Source: Psammoneis japonica (taxonomy: Eukaryota). Taken from it: a stretch of DNA of 64,000 bases. Below, one piece after another: positions 26,752 to 37,572 of this stretch (the first letter of the stretch is position 1; every line of letters begins with the position of its first letter). The DNA lies in contig QPGO01000215.1 of assembly GCA_008632985.1 (NCBI GenBank), positions 1 to 64,000 on the forward strand, given 5' to 3'. Below the pieces are notes generated by a model, which saw only the letters and a program-made list of their open reading frames with translations, was not told the origin of the DNA and ran no database searches. Position numbers and translations under genes: made by a program.

Positions 26752-28173
26752 ATGGCGGCAGCCCCACCGAACCCGATGGAAACGGCCCTTGCTTGGATCG
26801 GTTTCCAGCTGCCTGCTCAGCGCAACGCGATCATGACTGACATCGCCACGTTTGACGATGTCGTCGACATTGAGGAATCGGACATCGATGCGCTCGCGCA
26901 GTCTCATTCGAGGAGGACTGCTGCTGAGGGGCGTTTCCACTTTGGATTGGCTCGCACCCGTCGTCTCAAGTCCCTCATTCATTGGGTGCATGACTTCCAA
27001 CGCATCAGTGAAAATCCCACCATCGACGGTTTGGATCAGGCGCATTTTCTCGATGCGCCATCTGCTGCGTTGTCGAGGGCCGACATTCGCAGCCAGATGA
27101 GGGATCAATCTGAGTCCATTGCTCGTGAGGCATCCCCTGGACTCTTGGAGAGCGAAAAGGTCTGGGCAAAATGGAGCACCGCTTTCAAGAACATGCTCAG
27201 CACGATGCTGGGAGTCGACGGCGTTCCGTTGATTTGTGTCATGTGCGAGAACGAGGAGCCCGAGCCTGAAGGGCATGAGATTTTCATGCAGAAGTCGGTT
27301 GCATGCGCTCCACTCGAGGGTCCAGCTTTCAAAGCTGATTCTCATGCCGTCAGCCAACCAATCGTTTTGTTCACGAAAGGCACCCCAAGCAAGCAGTGGA
27401 TCAAAGAGCACCGCAACAGCCAGAGCGGTCGTCTCTGCTGCGAATCTTTGGAGAACCACTGTCAGGGCAAGGGCAACACTGCCCGTCGTGTCTCAGAAGC
27501 TGAGCGTTTGGAAAACACTCTGCATTGCAGGAGTGAATGCTCCATGACATTCGAAACGTTCGTGAACAAGCTTCAGGAGATGTTCAACATTTTCGAAGAG
27601 AATGATGAACCCAAGACGGAGGCTCAGAAGCTGCGATTGCTGTTTGACAAGGTGCAACACCAGCAGTTGCAGAACGCAGCAGAGACCCTGAAGGCGCAGA
27701 ATGAGTTCGGAGGAGGGATCAGTTTTGCTGCAGCATGCAACCATCTTGCCGCTAAAGTCGCCACTCTCCCGGAAACAGTTGCGCACCGTCGTGCAATTTC
27801 CTCTGTTGCATCCGGTGTTGGCAAGGAAGGTGATTCCATTTGCAAAGAAGATGGGTCCATTGACACCGGATTTCATAAAAATTGGCATCAATTGAGCAAG
27901 GAAGACAAGAAGAAGGTCATGGACGAGCGTGTGCGTTTGGGACTCAAGAAGAAGCCGGGTGACCTGAAGCGCCGCGCTGCATCCGTCAGATTGCTTGAAA
28001 AGAAGAATCGGAAGCTGACGCCCCAGCTTGAGCAAGCAAACTGCACTGTTTCTTCCTTGGAGACCACTGCCGGCACCGATCCCGGAAAGGTTGGTGCAGG
28101 AACTGGCAGTCAAGGCGGCAACAATGCCGGAGATGCATTTGGGGGATGCCAGGAGCGTCAGCAACGCAGCTGA
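26752..28173 (+). CDS. gag: Copia Gag-like protein (open frame, hypermutated, no Tyr)
   Basis: 473-aa ORF after the PBS: GVDGVPLI, LENHCQGKG, LENTLHC, NAGDAFGG near the C-terminus. Confidence 0.8.
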   Translation: MAAAPPNPMETALAWIGFQLPAQRNAIMTDIATFDDVVDIEESDIDALAQSHSRRTAAEGRFHFGLARTRRLKSLIHWVHDFQRISENPTIDGLDQAHFLDAPSAALSRADIRSQMRDQSESIAREASPGLLESEKVWAKWSTAFKNMLSTMLGVDGVPLICVMCENEEPEPEGHEIFMQKSVACAPLEGPAFKADSHAVSQPIVLFTKGTPSKQWIKEHRNSQSGRLCCESLENHCQGKGNTARRVSEAERLENTLHCRSECSMTFETFVNKLQEMFNIFEENDEPKTEAQKLRLLFDKVQHQQLQNAAETLKAQNEFGGGISFAAACNHLAAKVATLPETVAHRRAISSVASGVGKEGDSICKEDGSIDTGFHKNWHQLSKEDKKKVMDERVRLGLKKKPGDLKRRAASVRLLEKKNRKLTPQLEQANCTVSSLETTAGTDPGKVGAGTGSQGGNNAGDAFGGCQERQQRS

Positions 28174-28215
28174 CTCCTGAGCTGGACCCTGTCATGTGGC
28201 CTCATCCAGTTTGCA

Positions 28216-31200
28216 TTGTGGCTGCTTCATTGGGGTGGGGGCCAGCCGCATCGTTCGAAAGAAATGTTGGTTCATGGGGACTGTCGTTGCATTTGTGAAA
28301 TTGCCACTTCCACACGACGAGTCTCTGCGGCACGGACTGACACGCGTGCCACTCACGTCCGAACAGACGATCAGGTAAAGCATGGGCGACTGGAGTTGGA
28401 CTCACATGCTGACACTGCTGTTTTTGGTTCTAACTTTACCCTCTTGGGTTGCACTGGCAGAGAATGCGACGCATCACCTTACAACGAGGGATGCGAAGCC
28501 ATCAAGAGTGTCCCAATCGCATCGGCGGCCACTGCGTGGACCTCACCGGCGACGGGAGCAACGCACATCCTGGCATTCCATGAAGGGCTTTGGATGGCAG
28601 ATTCCATGGAGAATTCTCTCCTTGACCCGAATCAGATGAGGCATTTCAGTGTCACGGTTCAGGATGACCCCTGTTCCGAGTCGCCGTTGCATGTCCTTAC
28701 GGAGGACAAGGGATTTATGCTGCCCCTTGAGTTGATGGGAACTGGCATCGTTGCGGCAACTCGGACCCCCACTGAAAGGGAGCTCCAAGAGTGCCCACAC
28801 ATCCAGTTGACCTCCCAACAACCTTGGGATCCACACAACGTCAAGTTTGAGCAATCCAGACCTCGACGTTCTGTGGAGGAGGAAATGGAGTTGACTCGGT
28901 TGGTCGCAACTGTTCGGTCAAGCCCCAGCTGCGCGTTTGGTCAGGATCCTGATCACAGCAACCCTCAGACCGGGGACTGTTGTGACAGGAGACTTGTCTG
29001 CGGTGTGGACCAAGTTCAATCAAGATTGACAGCGTCAGTCCAGGTGGAAGCGGATGTTCAGATCGCGGCCACTGAGACGATCGGCTCGGAACTCGAAGAC
29101 GCACCGTCCCCGAAGACTTTCATGTCCAAGGAACGGCACAGCTCTGTCACCGCTGTTGACTTGAGCGAGTGCTGGGGCATTGGATTGAAACAAGCGACAT
29201 CAACATTGAAGAAGCCCACCCAGAAGCCAGTGAGATCGGCGCTCATGCCCCTGGCCAGGCGTTGTCGAGCGGATCGGATGTTCACGAAGCCGAAACTTCG
29301 AGGCGAGTGGGCGACTGATGCGGTCGACGGCAAAGTGGNNNNNNNNNNNNNNNNNNNNNNNNNNNNNNNNNNNNNNNNNNNNNNNNNNNNNNNNNNNNNN
29401 NNNNNNNNNNNNNNNNNNNNNNNNNNNNNNNNNNNNNNNNNNNNNNNNNNNNNNNNNNNNNNNNNNNNNNNNNNNNNNNNNNNNNNNNNNNNNNNNNNNN
29501 NNNNNNNNNNNNNNNNNNNNNNNNNNNNNNNNNNNNNNNNNNNNNNNNNNNNNNNNNNNNNNNNNNNNNNNNNNNNNNNNNNNNNNNNNNNNNNNNNNNN
29601 NNNNNNNNNNNNNNNNNNNNNNNNNNNNNNNNNNNNNNNNNNNNNNNNNNNNNNNNNNNNNNNNNNNNNNNNNNNNNNNNNNNNNNNNNNNNNNNNNNNN
29701 NNNNNNNNNNNNNNNNNNNNNNNNNNNNNNNNNNNNNNNNNNNNNNNNNNNNNNNNNNNNNNNNNNNNNNNNNNNNNNNNNNNNNNNNNNNNNNNNNNNN
29801 NNNNNNNNNNNNNNNNNNNNNNNNNNNNNNNNNNNNNNNNNNNNNNNNNNNNNNNNGGCAGGTGGCTCGGAGTGTCCCACCGGATTGGCAGTCTAATGTC
29901 ACATCACGTGTTGACGCAAACCGGTCGTGTCACATCGCGAACATCTGTTCAGCGAGTCACCAACTTGGAAGCTGGCACTCAAGAGAATCAAGATCGGTTC
30001 AAGGCTTTTGACGAGGAGATCCAGCGCAGACTTCGTGACCAAGAGTTTCCCGAAGACGAAGAGCGCAGGATCAGCCCCGAAGACTGGAAGGACCATCTTG
30101 GGTGCGACGACGAATTCCTCGACGAGTGCGATCGCGTCATCAGTTCTGAAGATGTGTTGAACAAGGACGACGACAAGAAAGACGAGGAAGCCTCCCCGGA
30201 AGCGGCGGATTGGGGTCATCTCAACATGGAATTGGCTTTGCCGAGAGATGATGATGGTCCCGAGTTCGCGCGTGTAACGAAGAGGTTGAGGGATGCGAGT
30301 GGCATTCCCATTGGGACAGCCAACGACAACCCAATCCTAGACACTCGAATGTGTCAGGTGGAGTGTCCCGATGGTCACACTGCAGCACTTTCAGCTGACT
30401 CTGTTGCCATGAACATGTTTGCACAGATTGACGAGGACGGAAATCGGCATGTTCTGTTCGATGAGATTACAGACTTCCGTGCGAATGGGGACGTCCCGGA
30501 ATCCGATTTCTTTGAAACTGAGCAAGGCAACAAGAGGCAGCGCAGGACCACGAAAGGATGGGAACTCTTGTTCCAATGGAAGGATGGCAGTGCCACTTGG
30601 GTTGACCCAAAGGACGCGAAGGAAGGACTCCCTGTCCAGGTCGCCGAGCTCGCCATCCAACGCAAGATCTCGAAGGAGCCGGCGTTTGCTTGGTGGGTTC
30701 CGCACGCAATGAGGACCCGCAAGCGTTCCATTGTGAAGGTCAAGTCGAAGCATTGGTTGAGAACCCACAAATTTGGCACGCGAATTCCCAAGACTGTGAA
30801 GGAGGCACTGGAGCTCGATCGTGCGAACAGCAACACCTTGTGGCATGACGCCATTTGCTTGGAAATGAAGAATGTTCGAGTTGCGTTCGACAAGTTCGAG
30901 GGGGACGAAACGGAGCTGCCTCCTGGGTGCCAACAAATCGATTGTCACATGATTTTTGACATCAAGTTGGGAGAGAACTTTCGGCGCAAGAGTGGGATGG
31001 TTGCGGGTGGTCACATGACTGATGCCCCAACTGCCATTGCCTGCTCCTCAGTTGTTTCCAGGGATTCGGTGAGGATTGCCCTTGCACTTGCCGCGCTTGA
31101 TGACTCACAAGTCTTTGCCTGCGACATCCAGAATGCCTGCTTGACAGCGCCGTGCCGAGAGAAAATTTGGACTCGTGCCGGTGAAGAGTTTGGCGCAGAA

Positions 31201-32466
31201 CGCGGTGAGATCATGATTGCAGTCAGGGCACTCTACGGATTGAAGAGCTCCGGCGCGGCATTCAGGGCCTTCCTTGCGGAGACGCTTTGTGATCTAGGAT
31301 GCAAGCCCAACAAGGCTGATCCCAATGTTTGGATGAGGCCAGCAGTGAAGCCAGACGGATTCGAGTGCTACGAGTGCATCTTGGTGTACGTCGACGACTT
31401 GCTGTCGATTGGCCATGAGCCAATGAAGACCATGGATGGCATCAAGTCGAAGTTCAAGCTCAAAGACGACAAAGCAGCGGAGCCTGAATCCCACTTGGGC
31501 GCCAAGTTGTCGAAGATGGACCTTGCTGATGGTGCTGCCTGCTGGACGATGTCAGCAGAAGATTGCTGCAAGGCGGCGGTCCGGAATGTTGAGGACAAAT
31601 TGGCCAAGGAAGGAAAACGGCCACCGAGCAAAGCATGCACACCTTCAAGCAGCGGACACAAGCCAGAGTTGGACACTTCGGGCGAACTGGATGCAGAAGG
31701 CCTCAACTGCTGCCAAGAGCTGATTGGCGTTTTGATTTGGGCCGTGGAGTTGGGCAGGGTCGATGTCATTTTGGAAGTGTCAAGTGTGTCGGCTCACCTT
31801 GCCTTGCCGCGCATTGGTCACTTGGAACAGGCATTGCACATCTTTGCATGCCTTGAACAGGTCCCAAAGCACCGGGTGGTGTTCGATCCTGCGCATCCGG
31901 TCATCGACGAGTCTAGGTTCAAGGAGTGCGATTGGCTCGACTTCTGCCGAGACGCGCAAGAGGCGATTCCCCCCAACATGCCACCACCTCGAGGTGACGT
32001 TGTGTCTGCTCATTGTTTCGTGGATGCCAACCATGCTGGTGATGCATCAACTCGCCGCAGTCATGCAGGTGTTCTGACATTCCTGTGCCGAGCACCCATC
32101 ATCTGGTGTTCGAAGAGACAGAACACCGTGGAGACTGGTGCTTTTGGCGCCGAGATCGTGGCACTCAAGGTTGCGGTGGAACTTGTTGAAGGTCTGAGGC
32201 ACAAGCTTCGAATGTTTGGAGTTCCTGTTGAAGGTTCTACGAACGTGTTCTGTGACAATGAAGCAGTGTGCAAGAATTGCTCCATCCCGGAGTCTGCTCT
32301 CAAGAAGAAGCATCATTCCATTGCATGCCATCGCAACAGGGAAGCTGTTGCTGCGGGGACTGTTCGCCCAGCAAAGGAGGATGCGGAAACCAACCTTGCG
32401 GATTTGTTCACAAAGGTTGTGACTTCGATTTGTCACAATTTCCTGTTGGACAAGTTCGCTCATTGA
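28216..32466 (+). CDS. pol: Copia Pol polyprotein (protease, integrase mostly in the N gap, RT, RNase H); probably non-functional
   Basis: LDSHADT, MVAGGH, DIQNACL, ALYGLKSSG, YVDD, FVDANHAG, FCDN, NLADLFTK. Spans the gap at 29339-29856, so frame continuity is unverified. Confidence 0.9.
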   Translation: MWLLHWGGGQPHRSKEMLVHGDCRCICEIATSTRRVSAARTDTRATHVRTDDQVKHGRLELDSHADTAVFGSNFTLLGCTGRECDASPYNEGCEAIKSVPIASAATAWTSPATGATHILAFHEGLWMADSMENSLLDPNQMRHFSVTVQDDPCSESPLHVLTEDKGFMLPLELMGTGIVAATRTPTERELQECPHIQLTSQQPWDPHNVKFEQSRPRRSVEEEMELTRLVATVRSSPSCAFGQDPDHSNPQTGDCCDRRLVCGVDQVQSRLTASVQVEADVQIAATETIGSELEDAPSPKTFMSKERHSSVTAVDLSECWGIGLKQATSTLKKPTQKPVRSALMPLARRCRADRMFTKPKLRGEWATDAVDGKVXXXXXXXXXXXXXXXXXXXXXXXXXXXXXXXXXXXXXXXXXXXXXXXXXXXXXXXXXXXXXXXXXXXXXXXXXXXXXXXXXXXXXXXXXXXXXXXXXXXXXXXXXXXXXXXXXXXXXXXXXXXXXXXXXXXXXXXXXXXXXXXXXXXXXXXXXXXXXXXXXXXXXXXXXXXXXGRWLGVSHRIGSLMSHHVLTQTGRVTSRTSVQRVTNLEAGTQENQDRFKAFDEEIQRRLRDQEFPEDEERRISPEDWKDHLGCDDEFLDECDRVISSEDVLNKDDDKKDEEASPEAADWGHLNMELALPRDDDGPEFARVTKRLRDASGIPIGTANDNPILDTRMCQVECPDGHTAALSADSVAMNMFAQIDEDGNRHVLFDEITDFRANGDVPESDFFETEQGNKRQRRTTKGWELLFQWKDGSATWVDPKDAKEGLPVQVAELAIQRKISKEPAFAWWVPHAMRTRKRSIVKVKSKHWLRTHKFGTRIPKTVKEALELDRANSNTLWHDAICLEMKNVRVAFDKFEGDETELPPGCQQIDCHMIFDIKLGENFRRKSGMVAGGHMTDAPTAIACSSVVSRDSVRIALALAALDDSQVFACDIQNACLTAPCREKIWTRAGEEFGAERGEIMIAVRALYGLKSSGAAFRAFLAETLCDLGCKPNKADPNVWMRPAVKPDGFECYECILVYVDDLLSIGHEPMKTMDGIKSKFKLKDDKAAEPESHLGAKLSKMDLADGAACWTMSAEDCCKAAVRNVEDKLAKEGKRPPSKACTPSSSGHKPELDTSGELDAEGLNCCQELIGVLIWAVELGRVDVILEVSSVSAHLALPRIGHLEQALHIFACLEQVPKHRVVFDPAHPVIDESRFKECDWLDFCRDAQEAIPPNMPPPRGDVVSAHCFVDANHAGDASTRRSHAGVLTFLCRAPIIWCSKRQNTVETGAFGAEIVALKVAVELVEGLRHKLRMFGVPVEGSTNVFCDNEAVCKNCSIPESALKKKHHSIACHRNREAVAAGTVRPAKEDAETNLADLFTKVVTSICHNFLLDKFAH

Positions 32467-32622
32467 ATTGGCGGCAAATGGGGTTTGGATTTTGGGAATC
32501 GGGTCGGTGGTGATTTTCTTCCCCAGTGAGGGTTTGCACCATGGCCAGCACGGAGTGTTGACATGGTTGATTGCATTGGTTGAATTGTGCCTGTCAAGCA
32601 CGCCCTTGGCTTGTTAGAAACA

Positions 32623-32634
32623 TTTCAAGGGGAC
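32623..32634 (+). promoter_or_regulatory. Polypurine tract
   Basis: TTTCAAGGGGAC directly before the 3' LTR. Confidence 0.7.
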
Positions 32635-32872
32635 CGAAAGAAATCCGATGTGTTGGATTTAGTTAGAGTGCTGTTGTTAGAGTGCTGTTGGTGACGGCTG
32701 GTGCTGAGCCAGCCGTTGTGACGTGCCATCGGAGGGAAGCGTTGGATTTCCCTCCAATGGCGCTCACTTGTTACCAGCAGTTGCAACAGGCCCAAGAGTG
32801 TCTTTGGATTGTCAGATTGTTGTCACACCAGTGCTGTGAGCAGCTGAGCCATTCGGCAGCTGGATTTGCTCA
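32635..32872 (+). repeat. 3' LTR
   Basis: Direct repeat of 26209-26446, ending in CA. Confidence 0.93.
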
Positions 32873-34834
32873 AAACGACATGTTTGTTTTCCTTGAAAAG
32901 ACATGTTTGTTTTCCTTGAAAAGACATGTTTGTTTTCCTTGAAATGACAGGTTTGTTTTCCTTGAAACCACATGTTTGTTTTTCTTGAAATGACACCTTG
33001 GTTTTCTCTGAAAAGATGTGTTTGTTTTCCTTGAAACGACACGTTTGTTTTTCTTGAAATGACACGTTTGTTTTCTTGAAAAGATGTGTTTGTTTTCTTT
33101 GAAACAACATGTTTGTCTTTGAAAGACATGTTTGTTTTCCCTGAAACGACACGTTTGTTTTCCTTGAAAAGACACGTTTGTTTTCCTTGAAAAGACATGT
33201 CAGTTTTCTTTGAAATGACACGTTTGTTTTTCTTGAAACAACATGTTTGTTTTCGTTGAAAAGACATGTTTGTTTTCTCTGAAACCACATGTTTGTTTTC
33301 CCTGAAACAACACATTTGTTTTCTTTGAAAAGACATGTTTGTTTTCCTTGAAAAAACATGTTTGTTTTCCTTGAAAAGACATGTTTGTTTGCCTTGAAAC
33401 AACACGTTTGTTTTCCTTGAAAAGACACGTTTGTTTTCCTTGAAAAGACATGTTTGTTTTTTTGAAAAGACATGCTTGTTTTCCATGAAACGACATGTTT
33501 GCTTTCCTTGAAACCACATGTTTGTTTTCTTTGAAAAAACATGTTTGTTTTCCTTGAAACAACATGTTTGTTTTCCTTGAAACGACATGTTTGTTTTCCT
33601 TGAAACGATGCGCTTGTTTTCCTTGAAAAGACATGATTCGTTTCCTTGAAAAAACATGTTTGTTTTCTTTGAAATGTCACATTTGTTTTCCTTGAAAAGA
33701 CATGTTTGTTTTCTTTGAAACGACATGTTTGTTTTTTTTTTGAAAAGACATGTTTGTTTTCTTTGAAATGACATGTTTGTTGAGGTGACTTTGAAACAAC
33801 ATGTCTGTTTTCTTTGAAACAAGGTGTTTGTTTTCTTTGAAAAGACATGCTTGTTTTCCTTGAAATGACGTGTTTTTTCCCCCTGAAATGACATGTTTGT
33901 TTTCCTTGAAACCACATGTTTGTTTTCTTTAAAATGACACGTTTGTTTTCCTTGAAAAGACATGTTTGTTTTCTTTGAAACAACACGTTTGTTTTTCTTG
34001 AAAAGACATGTTTGTTTTCCTTGAAAAGACATGTTTGTTTTCCTTGAAACCACATGTTTGTTTTCCCTGAAACGACACTTTTGTTTTCCTTGAAACGACA
34101 TGTTTGTTTTCCTTGAAAAGACATGTTTGTTTTCCTTGAAAAGACATGCTTGTTTTCCATGAAACGACATGTTTGCTTTCTTTGAAACCATTTGTTTGTT
34201 TTCCTTGAAAACACATGTTTGTTTTCCTTGAAACGACACGTTTGTTTTCCTTGAAACGACATGTTTGTTTTCCTTGAAAAGACATGTTTGTTTTCCTTGA
34301 AAAGGCATTTTTTCCCTTGAAGCAACATGTTTGTTTTCCTTGAAACGACATGTTTGTTTTCCTTGAAAAGACATGTTTGTTTTCAAGACATGTTTGTTTT
34401 CCTTGAAACGACACGTTTGTTTTCCTTGAAACGACATGTTTGTTTTCCTTGAAATGACGTGTTTGTTTTCCTTGACAAGACATGTTTGTTTTCTTTGAAA
34501 AGACATGTTTGTTTTCTTTGAAACCACATGTTTGTTTTCCTTGAAACCACATGTTTGTTTTCCTTGAAACAACGTGTTTGTTTTCCTTGAAAAGACATGT
34601 TTGTTTTTCTTGAAATGACACGTTTGTTTTCCACAGGTTTGTTTTCCTTGAAACCACATGTTTGTTTTTCTTGAAATGACACCTTGGTTTTCTCTGAAAA
34701 GATGTGTTTGTTTTCCTTGAAATGACATGTTTGTTTTTCTTGAAATGAAATGTTTGTTTTCCTTGAAAAGATGTGTTTGTTTTCTTTGAAACAACATGTT
34801 TGTCTTTGAACGACATGTTTGTTTTTCCTGAAAC
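32873..34834 (-). repeat. 23-bp satellite array
   Basis: Tandem monomers. Confidence 0.97.
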
Positions 34835-34898
34835 GAGAGCCAATCGCCAACAGCACACAAGCTGCCTGTGTTTGTGACAGCACACCAGCATTTGTTCA
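34835..34898 (-). repeat. Copia family B LTR stub
   Basis: Reverse complement of 42079-42142. Confidence 0.8.
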
Positions 34899-34964
34899 GA
34901 ACAACATGTTTGTTTTCCTTGAAACAACATGTTTGTTTTCCTTGAAAAGACACGTTTGTTTTCA

Positions 34965-35354
34965 GACGCGCTCCAGCCCTGGGTGGGACTCCGTGTGACA
35001 TTGGGCCCACAGAATTCTACGTGCGAGCTCCGCAGCACAAGAATTTAATTGGTGGATGCATTTGTCTTCAACATCAAACAATCGGCCAAGTTTGTGGTGC
35101 AACTGTGCCTCTTGCCACTCGACGTTTTTGCAAATGCGTCTGCCCCACGCGATTCTTGAGACATTGTAGAATTGCGCTGCAACAAAAAATGTCAAAAGTT
35201 TTTGGATGGATCGCTCAATGAGTGTGCCGTAAAATGACACAAAACATCAAAAAAATGGCATGGAAATCTACGTGCACAACATGCGACGAGATTCAAAAAA
35301 CTGTCGATGTCACAGTTCAGCAGTGCGAGGTCCCACCTAGACCTGGAACGCGTC
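34965..35354. mobile_element. MITE family 1, TSD TTCA
   Basis: TTCA|GACGCGCTCCAGCCCTGGGTGGGAC ... GTCCCACCTAGACCTGGAACGCGTC|TTCA. Confidence 0.88.
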
Positions 35355-37572
35355 TTCAAGACATGTTTGGTTTCCTTGAAAAGACACGCTTGTTTTCCCT
35401 GAAACCACATGTTTGGTTCCTTGAAAACACATGTTTGTTTTCATTGAAAAGACATGTTTGATTTCCTTGAAACAACAAGTTTGTTTTCCTTGAAAACACA
35501 TGTTTGTTTTCCTTGAAATGACACGTTTGTTTTCCTTGAAATGACATGTTTGTTTTCCTTAAAAAGACATGTTTGTTTTCCTTGAAACAACATGTTTGTT
35601 TTCCTTGAAACCACATGTTTGTTTTCCTTGAAATGACATGTTTGTTTTCCTTGAAATGACATGTTTGTTTTCATTGCAAAGACATGTTTGTTTTCTTTGA
35701 AACAAAATGTTTGTTTTCCTTGAAAAGACATGTTTGTTTTCATTGAAACCACAAGTTTGTTTTCATTGAAAAGACATGTTTGATTTCCTTGAAACAACAT
35801 GTTTGTTTTCCTTGAAAAGACACATTTGTTTCCCTTGAAACAACATGTTTGTTTTCCTTGAAATGGCACGTTTGTGTTCCTTGAAACGACATGTTTGTTT
35901 TCCTTGAAAACACACAATTGTTTTCCTTGAAACAACATGATTGTTTTCCTTGAAATGGCATGTTTTTTTCTTTGAAACGACGTGTTTATTTTCCTTGAAA
36001 TGACATGTTTGTTTTCCTTGAAAAGACATGTTTGTTTTCTTTGAAACCACATGTTTGTTTTCCTTGAAACCACATGTTTGTTTTCCTTGAAAAGACACAT
36101 TTGTTTTCTTTGAAACAACATGTTTGTTTTCCTTGAAATGGCATGTTTGTTTTCCTTGAAACGACATGTTTGTTTTCCTTGAAAACACACATTTGTTTTC
36201 CTTGAAACAACATGATTGTTTTCCTTGAAATGGCATGTTTGTTTCTTTGAAACGACGTGTTTGTTTTCCTTGAAACAACATGTTTGTTTTTCTTGAAAAG
36301 ACATGTTTGTTTTCCTTGAAACCACATGTTTGTTTTCCTTAAAATGACACATTTGTTTTCCTTGAAATGACATGTTTGTTTTCATCAAAAAGACATGTTT
36401 GTTTTCTTTGAAACGAAATGTTTGTTTTCCTTGAAAAGACATGTTTGTTTTCCTTGAAAAGACATGTTTGTTTTCCTTGAAACAACACGTTTGTTTTCCT
36501 TGAAACGACACGTTTGTTTTCCCTGAAACGACATGTTTGTTTTCCCTGAAAAGACACATTTGTTTTCCTTGAAAAAACACGTTTGTTTTCCTTGAAAACG
36601 CATGTTTGTTTTCCTTGAAACGACATGTTTGTTTTCAAGACATGTCTGTTTTCCTTGAAACGACATGTTTGTTTTTCTTGAAATGACACGTTTGTTTTCT
36701 CTGAAAAGACATGTTTGTTTTCCTTGAACGACATTTTTGTTTTCCTTGAAAAGACATGTTTGTTTTCCTTGAAAAGACATGTTTGTTTTCCTTGAAATGA
36801 CACGTTTGTTTTCCTTGAAACCACATGTTTGTTTTTCATGAAATGACACCTTGGTTTTCTCTGAAAAGATGTGTTTGTTTCCCTTGAAATGACACGTTTG
36901 TTTTTCTTGAAACGACATGTTTGTTTTCCTTGAAAAGATGTGTTTGTTTTCTTTGAAACAACATGTTTGTCTTTAAACGACATGTTTGTTTTCCCTGAAA
37001 CGACACGTTTGTTTTCCTTGAATGGACACATTTGTTTTCCTTGAAAAGACATGTTTGTTTTCTTTGAAACAACACGTTTGTTTTTCTTGAAACGACACAT
37101 TTGTTTTCTTTGAAAACACATGTTTGTTTTCTCTGAAACCACATGTTTGTTTTCCCTGAAACAACACATTTGTTTTCCTTGAAAAGACGTGTTGGTTTTC
37201 CTTGAAAAAACATGTTTGTTTTCCTTGAAAAGACATGTTTGTTTTCCTTGAAACGACACGTTTGTTTTCCTTGAAAAGACATGTTTGTTTTCCTTGAAAA
37301 GACATGCTTGTTTTCTTTGAAAAGACATGCTTGTTTTCCATGAAACGACATGTTTGCTTTCCTGGAAACCACACGTTTGTTTTCCTTGAAAACACACATT
37401 TGTTTTCCTTGAAACAACACGTTTGTTTTCCTTGAAAAGACATGTTTGTTTTCCTTGAAAAGACATGTTTGTTTTCCTTGAAACCATGTGTTTGTTTTCC
37501 TTGAAACCGCGCGTTTGTTTTCCTTGAAATGACACGTTTGTTTTCCTTGAAAAGACATGTTTGTTTTCTTTG
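35355..37572 (-). repeat. 23-bp satellite array
   Basis: Tandem monomers. Confidence 0.97.

Larger units (their letters stand above)
26209..32872 (+). mobile_element. Full-length Ty1/copia LTR retrotransposon (diatom CoDi-like, family A)
   Basis: 238-bp LTRs, PBS, gag, PR-(IN)-RT-RH domain order, PPT. AAAC is duplicated on both sides within one satellite monomer (CTTG-AAAC-GACATG). Confidence 0.95.

Noticed and set aside
28216..32466. CpG deamination as the sole cause of the CA/TG excess
   Set aside because: Some CGA>TGA decay exists, but CpG remains abundant, TpA is the missing dinucleotide, and the conserved ancestral residues are Tyr rather than Arg.
26752..32466. Alternative genetic code (TGY/CAY read as Tyr)
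   Set aside because: The same change affects non-coding LTRs, TIRs and the PBS, and differs between copies.
32873..37572. Telomeric repeat tract
   Set aside because: There are no G-rich TTAGGG-type units, and the arrays are internal, degenerate and in both orientations.
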